Shown piece by piece: positions 21,775-31,028 of a stretch of DNA of 64,000 nucleotides. Made by a program: the position numbers and the translations under genes. The notes under the pieces are model-generated. The model was not told where the DNA came from, did no database searches, and worked only from the letters and a program-made list of their open reading frames with translations. The DNA is taken from positions 99,816 to 163,815 of IMG/VR virus record IMGVR_UViG_2698536665_000003; one strand, 5' to 3'. Every line of letters begins with the position of its first letter. Within the stretch, counting starts at the first letter, position 1. This DNA comes from a virus.

Positions 21775-22716
21775 TCACCCTTTTACCGCAGTAGCGAAGG
21801 CTTCTTTAGCAATAAAGTAAAGTCCTGCCGCATTTGCGTATATTGGTTTTAGACTCTTACTCTTTCTTGATAATGCTAGCTCAGGTTTCATAATTTCCAT
21901 TCGATAGTTGTTGTCTTTTAGTTCGTTAAATGCATCTGCTAATTGTTCTGAATATCCACCACAAACATGAAGTGTTGAACCTTTTGGCCATTTTAAAGAT
22001 TCAATTGAACCTTTAACTTTCTTTGCAATCATTTCAGCTGTTCGGTTAGCGTACATATTCTTATAGAATTCTACACCATTATGTATAGTATCTGCTGCTG
22101 TCGGTACAAGGATACCATTAACAAATGCTGCAAGATTGATAGTTTGCGAGCCAGCATCAACAACATAAACATTTTGAGATGTGAATTCATTTGAGAAGAA
22201 TGCAGCTGCACCTTCTGGTAATACGATAATATCTTTAATACGAATATTTAAAGGAACGTCATTGAATGTAACTTCAATTGGGTTACCATTGTTTTTAAAT
22301 CTAGTTTCAATCTCTTCTAGTTCTTCAGATTCAGAAGCGCTTACTAGTGGTGTTCCATAAGCTAAATAAACGTTAATATCTTCATCGTCGAACTTCTCAT
22401 ATTTGTCTAAGTATAGGCAAATTCCACCTAATGCGCGAATAAATGCAGTTTCATCATTTTTAGAACCAGTGCTACTATGGCTATCAACGCCTAGTGGATT
22501 GAATGTTTCAATAAACTTAGCATGGTCTCCTAAAATATATCTTTCATTATTAACTGCTAATTCAAATCTGTTTTGGATCCCTAGTGCATTTCCGAATTTC
22601 ATCATTTTTGGTGGCTCAAGGATAGTAATTGAAGGGAATGATCCTTCTCCTTTAGGTCCAACAATTTTAACTGCATTCAGACCTGCATCTACTCCAAGTA
22701 TTAAATTTAGTGTCAT
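21775..22716 (-). CDS. ParM/Alp-like plasmid segregation actin
   Basis: LGVDAGLNAVKIVG, VYVVDAGSQTINLAAF, LHVCGGYSEQLA; next to ParR-like and RepA-like genes. Confidence 0.82.
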   Translation of the reverse strand: MTLNLILGVDAGLNAVKIVGPKGEGSFPSITILEPPKMMKFGNALGIQNRFELAVNNERYILGDHAKFIETFNPLGVDSHSSTGSKNDETAFIRALGGICLYLDKYEKFDDEDINVYLAYGTPLVSASESEELEEIETRFKNNGNPIEVTFNDVPLNIRIKDIIVLPEGAAAFFSNEFTSQNVYVVDAGSQTINLAAFVNGILVPTAADTIHNGVEFYKNMYANRTAEMIAKKVKGSIESLKWPKGSTLHVCGGYSEQLADAFNELKDNNYRMEIMKPELALSRKSKSLKPIYANAAGLYFIAKEAFATAVKG

Positions 22717-22858
22717 AAATCGAAACTCCTCTCGAAAAACTATTATTATATGTGTTCGAGATTCATTTTAGCACACATTACCAACAAAATATAGTAGATT
22801 TCCCCGACATTTTATGATTTTTTATTACATTTTAATTTATTCTAGGGGAATCCACTTT

Positions 22859-24031
22859 TTATTTTGCTTCACGCCAATTGTATACTGCTGATTCGTTGCA
22901 TTCAAAAGATTTCTGGTCTTCTAACTTTTGTTGTTTCTCTGATTCATTTTGGCGCTTCATAGCATTTTCTCTAATACGGTCTACTAGATTATTAGCGAAA
23001 AATGCTGGTTCATATTCGATTACTTCACCTTGAGATAAATACTTTTTAACGTTCATAGCATGTCTACCTATGGCGTTTAGTACATCTACCTTATGGAATG
23101 ATGCAATTTCAGCTTCTGCAAGTGTTTTCTTTACAACGTTAAGTGCTTTTAAATCTGGACATATTCTAACTTGTTCAAGTATAGAATCTAATAAGGCATA
23201 ATTATTGCGTCGAGAAACGATAGTCTCTCCTTGTTCGTCTTCTAATGGTTCTTCCTCTGTTTTAGATTTAGAAGACTTATTTAAGTTGGGGTCATTCTCG
23301 TTGGGATAAATCTCACTAGGATAAGGATAACTAGAATAAAGATCATTAGTGTGTACTTTTTCCTCCCCTAGGGCTGGAATATCTTCATCCCCTGGGGGAG
23401 GAATTTCTCCGTCACTAGGGGGTGTATTTTCTCCTACCCCCGGTACCGGAATTTCTCCCTCCCCAGGGGTGGAATTTTTACTACCCTCTTTTTTCACACC
23501 ATACTTATCCTTAGCAGCAGCTATACACTCTTCTAGTGTTTTTAATGGTTCTTTCTTCTTTTTCTTACGCATCTTAACGTGCTTGTAGTATTCTTTTTCA
23601 CCTAGAAAATGCGCTAGCGACGCTCCACTAGAATCTGGTTCATTCAAGTAGATTCTGTTAGCGCCACCATCTACTGCCTCTGTTGATACTAATTCCTCAG
23701 CTATAAGCTCGTCCATGAACTTAGTAACTGTTTTGTTTGATATGTTTAATGAGAATTCGATTTCCTGATTATCTAAAATACAGTAAATGTCACCTTTTTC
23801 ATCTATAAAAGCAGGAGCTTCACTTCCATTAGCTACTGACATCTGTGTTGTGTATATAGATAAATTGAATCGGTCTCTTACTAGCATGTATAGTAATTTA
23901 GCACCGCTACTTAAGTTCTCGCGGTATTGTTTCTTCCAGATAAGTACCTTAGGTAATTTGTAAAACTCTTCGTTTGTTACGTCTTTTATGTTGATTCTTT
24001 TTTTAGACATGAAAAAAGCCTCCTGATCCAT
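22859..24031 (-). CDS. RepA_N-type replication initiator-like protein
   Basis: FYKLPKVLIWKKQYRENLSSGAKLLYMLVRDRFNLS...IEFSLNISNKTVTKFMDELIAEELV...ANRIYL resembles the RepA N-terminal winged-helix region. Confidence 0.75.
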   Translation of the reverse strand: MDQEAFFMSKKRINIKDVTNEEFYKLPKVLIWKKQYRENLSSGAKLLYMLVRDRFNLSIYTTQMSVANGSEAPAFIDEKGDIYCILDNQEIEFSLNISNKTVTKFMDELIAEELVSTEAVDGGANRIYLNEPDSSGASLAHFLGEKEYYKHVKMRKKKKKEPLKTLEECIAAAKDKYGVKKEGSKNSTPGEGEIPVPGVGENTPPSDGEIPPPGDEDIPALGEEKVHTNDLYSSYPYPSEIYPNENDPNLNKSSKSKTEEEPLEDEQGETIVSRRNNYALLDSILEQVRICPDLKALNVVKKTLAEAEIASFHKVDVLNAIGRHAMNVKKYLSQGEVIEYEPAFFANNLVDRIRENAMKRQNESEKQQKLEDQKSFECNESAVYNWREAK

Positions 24032-24564
24032 TAGTAGTTTAATAGTTTACTAGGGACAAAAGACTAAAAAAGGTTAAGAACCGTATTTTGTACTATTGAA
24101 GATGATAGTTTTTCATGATACAATAAGTACAAATCGAAATTTTATTTTTTACATTACAATTTTGACTCGAAACGAAATTGTATGTGTTCTTGTTTTTTTT
24201 AGTTTTTTGTCCTAGGCTGCGATGCGCGAACATCGTGGCCTATTTTTTTGTATTTTTAAGGTTAATCTATGTAAAATTTGTCGAATAGGTATTGACAAAT
24301 TTGATTTAATACTGTTGATTTTCCTTAACTTCATCATACAAGGGATAAAAAGCGATTGCAATAACCTTTTTTGTGATTATTTTCCTCGGTTTTTTGATGA
24401 CAAAAATGTCATTTTAGCTAAAAAAACCATATTAACATCGTTGATGTATTATTTATTCGACAAATTAGGATATGTTTTCATATGTCACATGAATGAAATA
24501 TGTCGATAATGTCATTTATCTGAAAGGTGGGAAAATTTAATGAGATACGATTCTTCGTAATCAG

Positions 24565-24590
24565 GTAGGGGCGTTAGCCCCTACTTTTTT
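24565..24590 (+). terminator. hairpin GTAGGGGCGTTAGCCCCTAC + T-run
   Basis: Perfect stem followed by TTTTTT. Confidence 0.65.
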
Positions 24591-24712
24591 TGCATTCCCT
24601 GATGTTTGCAAATACTTATGAAAGGTGGTGGTGCTTTTGATAAAATTACTAGCATTTTTCAAATCAAGTGCTTATGTTACCTACATTAAGCAAACATCAG
24701 GAGGAAGTATTT

Positions 24713-25147
24713 TTGGAAAACCTTAATATCACTATTTACACAATTAACAGCGCAGAAGGAGAAAAGGTTGCAGAAAAATTGGCAAAGTATGATTTGATAG
24801 CAACAATTAAACACATTGTACGAGATCGTTTTACTTTTACTGAGTTCAAAGCTTTGTTAGCGTTAACAGACGATGGGTTAGATGATTTATTAACTCAACG
24901 TGGAAGCACAATTGATTTCCTTACAGAACAAGGGATTGAACTTGATGATTTAACATTACGTGAAGCATACAATGTTATTCTTCAGAATCCGAAGTTGCTA
25001 AAAACAACCATCTTGACAGATTGGAACAGGATTGCGTATGGTCTAAACGGCGCAAAGATGTTCCTTCCTCGACACGTAAGAAAACAAGAGCAACTAAAGA
25101 TGTACGCTAAACCAGAAGCACAAGTCGAGTACCAGGAAGCTAGTTGA
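24713..25147 (+). CDS. Spx/ArsC-like thioredoxin-fold protein lacking the N-terminal CxxC
   Basis: LTDDGLDDLLTQRG...LREAYNVILQNPKLLKTTILTDWNRIAYGLNGAKMFLPRHVRK matches the Spx pattern; N-terminus ITIYTINSAEGEKV has no Cys. Confidence 0.72.
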   Translation: MENLNITIYTINSAEGEKVAEKLAKYDLIATIKHIVRDRFTFTEFKALLALTDDGLDDLLTQRGSTIDFLTEQGIELDDLTLREAYNVILQNPKLLKTTILTDWNRIAYGLNGAKMFLPRHVRKQEQLKMYAKPEAQVEYQEAS

Positions 25148-25168
25148 ACATAAAGGGGAGTTGATCCT

Positions 25169-25612
25169 GTGCAACAACTTACTAATAAACTCGACTCAAC
25201 TGAAATCTTTCAAACCATTTCTAAGACTAGTATGGTTGAAGATATAATCAACAACCTTGTTAGTTATCCAACACTACATGCAATAAAGATTCGTAAAGGA
25301 GCATTCAGCAACTACGAGCAGTACAAAGTGTTTTTGGAGAATGCACCAAAGTTTAAAAATCGTTTACAGAATTATTTTGCATTGTATTGTCATAAAAATG
25401 GATTTGCATCCAAACTTAAAGAAGAATATATCTCCGTTAGAGGTTACTATGTTGAAAATAAAAATTTTCTTGTATCTCTAGAAGGGGAAGAATTGATAAC
25501 TATCTATGCAGAACTAAAGCCAGTAACAAATAAGGATTCTGTAGCAGGTCTTTATCATTGGGAGGATAAGTTGAATGAGTTACGAACTGATGTTAGTACC
25601 AATGGACTATAA
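25169..25612 (+). CDS. hypothetical protein, 5' neighbour of the Ubl module
   Basis: ORF with AAAGGGGAG RBS. Confidence 0.6.
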   Translation: MQQLTNKLDSTEIFQTISKTSMVEDIINNLVSYPTLHAIKIRKGAFSNYEQYKVFLENAPKFKNRLQNYFALYCHKNGFASKLKEEYISVRGYYVENKNFLVSLEGEELITIYAELKPVTNKDSVAGLYHWEDKLNELRTDVSTNGL

Positions 25613-25835
25613 AAAACATCTAAAAGGTGAAGGGTCAAAAGCTACTTCTAATTGTATTATGTGCGATTACGAACTTGCTTTAATCGATAAATTCACTAAT
25701 GTAGCGGGTATGCCACAATCGCATACGGACTATGAAGGTATTTTTAGTATTTGTCCGCAATGTACAACACCACACTTAGAGTTATTAAGCGGAGTGGTAG
25801 ATTTCAAAGGACCTGTTTTGATTGGGTGGGAATAA
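25575..25835 (+). CDS. small Cys-rich (CxxC...CPQC) protein
   Basis: ORF overlapping upstream gene; CIMC and CPQC pairs. Confidence 0.6.
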   Translation: MSYELMLVPMDYKKHLKGEGSKATSNCIMCDYELALIDKFTNVAGMPQSHTDYEGIFSICPQCTTPHLELLSGVVDFKGPVLIGWE

Positions 25836-26008
25836 GCTCACCGCATCAGCGGTCTCTTTTTTTTGACCTATTTTAGTGGATTCTAGTGTATTTCGGGATA
25901 AAAAATTAGAATCTGGTCTATCGTAAAAAATCTCAAAAAAAATATATCAAATTCGAAAAAAACTATTGAAAAAACCAAAACTAATGGTTTCGATGGAGGA
26001 GTAATTAA

Positions 26009-26758
26009 ATGACAAACATGTTAGATGTAATTTATGCAGATACAAAATTAGAGGTACCAGCTAACACTGATATGAAGGCGTTAGAAGCAGCGATGATTGA
26101 GAATTTTCCTGAATTGAAGAATCCAACAATCACGCGAGAAGGCAATACAATCACTTTTACAGCTAAAGCAGGTACAAAAGGAGCAGATAATATGGAAATG
26201 TTAGATGTAGTTTACGCAGATACTAAATTGGAGGTTCCAGCCAACACAGACATGAAAGCATTAGAAGCAGCGATGATCGAGAACTTTCCAGAACTAAAAA
26301 ACCCAACAATCACTCGTGAGGGGAACACAGTAACATTTACAGCAAAAGCCGGAACTAAAGGCTCTGACATGCTAGATGTTATCTACGCAGATACGAAGTT
26401 AGAAGTACCAGCGGATACTGATATGAAGGCTTTAGAAGCTGCAATGATCGAGAACTTCCCTGAATTAAAGAACCCTACAGTAACTCGTGAAGGGAACACA
26501 ATCACATTCACGGCTAAAGCAGGAACTAAAGGCTCTGATATGTTAGAAGTTATCTATGCGGACACTAAACTAGATGTACCAGCAGATACTGACATGAAAG
26601 CACTGGAAGCAGCTATGATTGAAAACTTCCCAGAGCTAAAGAATCCAACTATTACTCGTGAAGGAAACGTTGTTACTTTCACTGCAAAAGCAGGTACAAA
26701 AGGTAATGTTGTTCCGTTTGTCCGTAAGTTTGCTATTGGTTTAGCTAAAGTAGCTTAG
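26009..26758 (+). CDS. tandem ubiquitin-like (PRTRC-C-like) polyprotein, four Ubl repeats plus a 17-aa tail
   Basis: Four copies of MLDVIYADTKLEVPA(N/D)TDMKALEAAMIENFPELKNPTITREGNTITFTAKAGTKG starting at 26018, 26198, 26369 and 26540; tail NVVPFVRKFAIGLAKVA; GGAGG RBS. Confidence 0.8.
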   Translation: MTNMLDVIYADTKLEVPANTDMKALEAAMIENFPELKNPTITREGNTITFTAKAGTKGADNMEMLDVVYADTKLEVPANTDMKALEAAMIENFPELKNPTITREGNTVTFTAKAGTKGSDMLDVIYADTKLEVPADTDMKALEAAMIENFPELKNPTVTREGNTITFTAKAGTKGSDMLEVIYADTKLDVPADTDMKALEAAMIENFPELKNPTITREGNVVTFTAKAGTKGNVVPFVRKFAIGLAKVA

Positions 26759-26898
26759 TAGATTTAAGGGGAAACTAACATTTTTTCCTTATATCCACTA
26801 AAAACAAATGGAATAAATTATTTTCTAGGGGAAACTAGTTTAATACACTGGTTTCCCTCATATTTTGTTTGAATTTAATAGATTGAGAGGTTTGCAGA

Positions 26899-27246
26899 AT
26901 GGAAGAACCAGTTGTTTTAACTGTTCAAGCTGAATCTGTTGTTGAAGCTGAAACCATTTCAGAAGACAAAGTATCTCCCCTACTTCCTTTACCAATGCGA
27001 GTTATGGAAAGTTTTGAAGCGGTACAAGAGTCTAACTTCTGGCCATCTGAAGTCACATCAGTAGTTAGTGATTTAATGGCACCATCAACATTCGAAGAGT
27101 TCGGAGCAATCTTAAATAACACAACATCAAACTCCATCAATAGCATGGATCAGAGCATACAGGCACATAACAAGAATTATCGTGGATACTTATCCGAACT
27201 TGATAAAACGCCAAATGTCTTCTCCTTCGATGTTGATTATATTTAA
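26899..27246 (+). CDS. hypothetical protein in the Ubl module
   Basis: ORF between the poly-Ubl gene and the 526-aa ORF. Confidence 0.6.
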   Translation: MEEPVVLTVQAESVVEAETISEDKVSPLLPLPMRVMESFEAVQESNFWPSEVTSVVSDLMAPSTFEEFGAILNNTTSNSINSMDQSIQAHNKNYRGYLSELDKTPNVFSFDVDYI

Positions 27247-27264
27247 TGGGAAAGGAGAGTTTGG

Positions 27265-28845
27265 ATGATTATTAATAATGATGTCCAATTTCGAAGAGGA
27301 ATATTCAATATATTATTCACTTTAAAAACACATGTCAGAGATAATGAGTTTAGTGAGATTATTGAAGAACTTCAGGGAAAACTGGAACAGCTTCCTACTA
27401 ATGACTTAGAACAATCTAAGCAGTTTTTCTTTGAGGTAACAAATAAAATAATGCAGGGTCTTTCGGATTACTACAACATTTCCCATGAACAAGTTAGTGG
27501 CGATGTGGTTCATAATGACGTATTCACTTTAAAAATGGACGAAAACACATCAGAAATGATTGAGACCTTTGCTAAATATAAAAACATGGCTCGTTTTAGA
27601 GATTCATTTCTTCAGTCATACAATTATGATTTCTGGAGAAGGTTTCGTGCTAATTACTACAACCCACGAATTAGTGACGTATGTACAGCAGGGGAAGATA
27701 AAAGTCTTGTTTTTAGAACCAATGAGATTCCAGCTATAGGACCGTTATTCCTACCAAAAGACAGAAGTGGTAAGCCTGTAGGAGTTACTACGGAATTCCA
27801 GTATTTTAGTAGTTTAATAAGTCGAGTGAACTCAGAAAAGAAATATATCGATGATCTTCGTGCAGATTATGAAGTATTAAACAAAGCAGTTAAGGCTTTT
27901 GATGAGCGACTTCAAGCATCTCTTCGTGAAGAACATATTCGTTTTGGAATTATTCATCTTAAAGAGATTCTTTCCCAAATTGTTATCCCAGTTGCGTTGA
28001 TTGAGGATGATGAATTACGTGAACTATGCAAAGAACATAACCGTCAGGTATTTGTTAAAACACCTACACTAGATGAGTTAATGTATATTGGTTCGTCCGT
28101 ACATATCTATTCGTCGCACGATATAAGCGATGATTCTAGTTATGTAGCTAAGCCAATTATGATTTCTGAAACACTTCCAACTGATACGGAAGAGTTAAAG
28201 TATCTAGGTGTTGGTCAATACACGGGTTATGACGATGAATCACCGCGTAGTTTAGAAGGGGCAAACCCATTCATTATCAACAACAACATCTTTGTTAAGG
28301 CTTCTTATGAAGACTTCCTTGCACTTATCCCTGAGGAATTAGTGGAAGATATGGGAATCTGTAAGAATCTAGTTGATTCTTTGGAGAACCCAGTGGAAGA
28401 TATTCAATTAGAAGAAAATGAAACTCTTAAGTCTATTATTGACACTATCAAGGAAGATCAAACATTGGATTATAAGAAAATCATCGACGATTTCATGGCT
28501 TCTTCTACATATTTCGAGAATGAAGAAGACAAGGAGACAGGACCAGTGTTTATTCATGCTGCTGAGTATCAATTTGAGAAAAGCAACCTTTCTTTCAATA
28601 GAGAACTTCTAAAGAAAACGGGTAGACATCCAAATGGTTATCTTATTCTTAAAGATAACACAGGCAATCATGCGGGCATTCGAATAAATGAAGAGGGAAT
28701 AAGTGAAATTTATATCAATACTGATATTGATAAGATATTTAAAGCCCTTCAATTGAACGCTGGACTCTACACGATTTATTCTTTCAGACACAGAGACATG
28801 TCAAGGCAAAGAGCTATTCTTACAATGCAACATTACACAGGATAA
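27265..28845 (+). CDS. large hypothetical protein in the Ubl module (526 aa)
   Basis: ORF with AAAGGAGAG RBS; no recognised catalytic motif. Confidence 0.7.
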   Translation: MIINNDVQFRRGIFNILFTLKTHVRDNEFSEIIEELQGKLEQLPTNDLEQSKQFFFEVTNKIMQGLSDYYNISHEQVSGDVVHNDVFTLKMDENTSEMIETFAKYKNMARFRDSFLQSYNYDFWRRFRANYYNPRISDVCTAGEDKSLVFRTNEIPAIGPLFLPKDRSGKPVGVTTEFQYFSSLISRVNSEKKYIDDLRADYEVLNKAVKAFDERLQASLREEHIRFGIIHLKEILSQIVIPVALIEDDELRELCKEHNRQVFVKTPTLDELMYIGSSVHIYSSHDISDDSSYVAKPIMISETLPTDTEELKYLGVGQYTGYDDESPRSLEGANPFIINNNIFVKASYEDFLALIPEELVEDMGICKNLVDSLENPVEDIQLEENETLKSIIDTIKEDQTLDYKKIIDDFMASSTYFENEEDKETGPVFIHAAEYQFEKSNLSFNRELLKKTGRHPNGYLILKDNTGNHAGIRINEEGISEIYINTDIDKIFKALQLNAGLYTIYSFRHRDMSRQRAILTMQHYTG

Positions 28846-28860
28846 CTTGGAGGAGAAAAT

Positions 28861-29622
28861 ATGGTTACATCAAAAACTACGATTGTCTTAGAACCAGAAA
28901 AAGTAACTGTAGAAACAGTTAATAAAGATGGTATTAAAGCAATTAAAAATACAAACATCGAAACAATTCAGCAAATCTTCATGAAAGAACAAGCAATGGA
29001 AACACCGTTACTTCCTTCTCAATGGGGAGTTGTTAAGTATTATCGTAAAAATCATTATGAAGGATATGTACTAACGACACCTCCAACAGAGCGTGTAGTT
29101 AAATTTGATATCGGACGTAGTAGCGAATTACCTACTGAAGTTACGCTACCAATTCCACCTATGTTGTGGGTTTTTGAAGTAATGACAGATCAAAGTGGTA
29201 AAAAGAAACTGACTCATTCAATGACTTACGTTATAAAGCATGAACTCCTATCGTTAAAAGACAAGGTGTTCCACGCACCGTTTTGTAACATTGGTATTAG
29301 TCATGGGATTTGTTGGGGCAGGACTTTACCTGAGGTACCTATCCCTAAATCAATTCAAAGCATTCCGGCTCGCTTCTTTTCACAGCCGTTTAATTATGAT
29401 TTATCAGGAAACCGTGTAAAACCATTTGAATGGACACATCCGAATGGAAATACAGAAGACACAGAATGCGCTGTTTACCACATGATGAATGAAGCGGACA
29501 AATTAAAAGCAGCAAAAGAAGCAGGGGAGGCGTACTCTTATCCATTTGACTCGTTAAAACCAGCTGGAACAATGGATGTAGACACTGCAATCAAAACATA
29601 TTTACCGGGGATATTCCGTTAG
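28861..29622 (+). CDS. PRTRC-B-like (E2-fold) protein
   Basis: IPPMLWVFEVMTD...FHAPFCNIGISHGICWGRTLPEVPIPKSIQSIPARFFSQPFNYDLSG; context beside JAMM and ThiF genes. Confidence 0.65.
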   Translation: MVTSKTTIVLEPEKVTVETVNKDGIKAIKNTNIETIQQIFMKEQAMETPLLPSQWGVVKYYRKNHYEGYVLTTPPTERVVKFDIGRSSELPTEVTLPIPPMLWVFEVMTDQSGKKKLTHSMTYVIKHELLSLKDKVFHAPFCNIGISHGICWGRTLPEVPIPKSIQSIPARFFSQPFNYDLSGNRVKPFEWTHPNGNTEDTECAVYHMMNEADKLKAAKEAGEAYSYPFDSLKPAGTMDVDTAIKTYLPGIFR

Positions 29623-29778
29623 TTTCTAATGGAATATATGTTAATTTATTAGAAATTAATAGATTCCACTAGATTATAGTGTATTACCATTGTTAGTAGG
29701 GGAATCTGTTGTTTTCTGATTTATACTAGTGTATAAAACTATCTTTGATAGAAATAGAAAAGAACGGGAGAAAAGATA

Positions 29779-30969
29779 ATGACACTTAATCTTACAAATC
29801 TACTAGCGAGTCAAGTAACAGGGTATCTTGCTTACAATGACCATTACAACACAGACACCTTGAAAAAGATTAATTACGTAACTGCGGCAAACGGATTATT
29901 CCGTGTTGAAAAAACACCAATTGCTATTTTTAAGGTAAAGGTTCAGGAATATAAGAAACCAATTCCAGGTTTAAAAACTATGGAGGAAGGTCCAGAACTT
30001 ATTGCTCCAAAGATTCCATTTAAGTTTTTACAGATGGCACTTAGCTTCTATTTAGATGTTTATGAAAAAGATAAAACAGAAGCATCTTTATTATTCTTCT
30101 GGAACAAAGACAATAAACGTTTACCGGAAGTCTATTCTGATAACTCACCAGTTAAGGGCTTAATATCAGAAGGAGAACTAGTTGTATATGTACCACGCCA
30201 AGAAAACCAAGGTGGTCTTTCTGAGTTTCATAAAGATCCTGTAGTGGATTGGTTAAGAACTAATCTTTGCATTCTTTGTGAAACACACAGTCATCATGTT
30301 ATGAATGCTTATTTCAGTGGAACTGATGATGCAAATGAAAATGCTACTCAGTTTTATGGTGTTTGGGGACATATTACAAGTCAGCAACCAAAATTTGCGT
30401 TCCGTTATGTAAGTGGAGAAGCAAAAATTGAAATTAGTCCTGATGTATTATTTGAATGGCCAATGGTAACGACGACAACGACAGAAGTTATTACTTTTGA
30501 AGATGAAACTTTAGAACCATTAACTTCTATCAATCAAGAACATCATATGTTTAAAGGACCATTCAAGAAACTTGAGTATCCTACTGAATGGATGGAGCAG
30601 CATACTGCAAAAAGAGTTGTACCAGCATTACCAACAATAGGCGGACGAGGAACCTTTCCCCACAATAGAAGTTATGTCTCCCGTTTCGATGGACGGCTTG
30701 ACCAAATCGGATGGGATTTTGAACACGATCCGAATGCATTTAACCCAGCTTTTGAAGAGGATCTTTCTTCGAGATTAATGTCAGGTCATACAATTACAGG
30801 TTCAAGTTTCGAAAACGCTGAAGTAATTCAATTCATGAATTTACCTGATGAGAAAAACAAGTTAGATATTCGAGACAATATTTATGATTTGTGTTCAGAA
30901 TATGAACGACATGGTTATTCACAAGTAATTGAATCTACCATTAATGGTATGAAACAAAATGCAATTTAA
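29779..30969 (+). CDS. JAMM/JAB (PRTRC-A-like) metallopeptidase-domain protein
   Basis: CETHSHHVMNAYFSGTDDANENATQFYGVWG contains H-S-H-x7-S-x2-D. Confidence 0.82.
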   Translation: MTLNLTNLLASQVTGYLAYNDHYNTDTLKKINYVTAANGLFRVEKTPIAIFKVKVQEYKKPIPGLKTMEEGPELIAPKIPFKFLQMALSFYLDVYEKDKTEASLLFFWNKDNKRLPEVYSDNSPVKGLISEGELVVYVPRQENQGGLSEFHKDPVVDWLRTNLCILCETHSHHVMNAYFSGTDDANENATQFYGVWGHITSQQPKFAFRYVSGEAKIEISPDVLFEWPMVTTTTTEVITFEDETLEPLTSINQEHHMFKGPFKKLEYPTEWMEQHTAKRVVPALPTIGGRGTFPHNRSYVSRFDGRLDQIGWDFEHDPNAFNPAFEEDLSSRLMSGHTITGSSFENAEVIQFMNLPDEKNKLDIRDNIYDLCSEYERHGYSQVIESTINGMKQNAI

Positions 30970-31028
30970 TAAATGTGTGCGGGGCTAACGCCCCGACACT
31001 TTATGCTATACAGGAAGGGAGAAAAATA

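Noticed and set aside
24222-24509. 95-aa ORF between repA and the Ubl locus
   Set aside because: No RBS, very F/I/L/C-rich translation typical of AT-rich intergenic DNA; not called.
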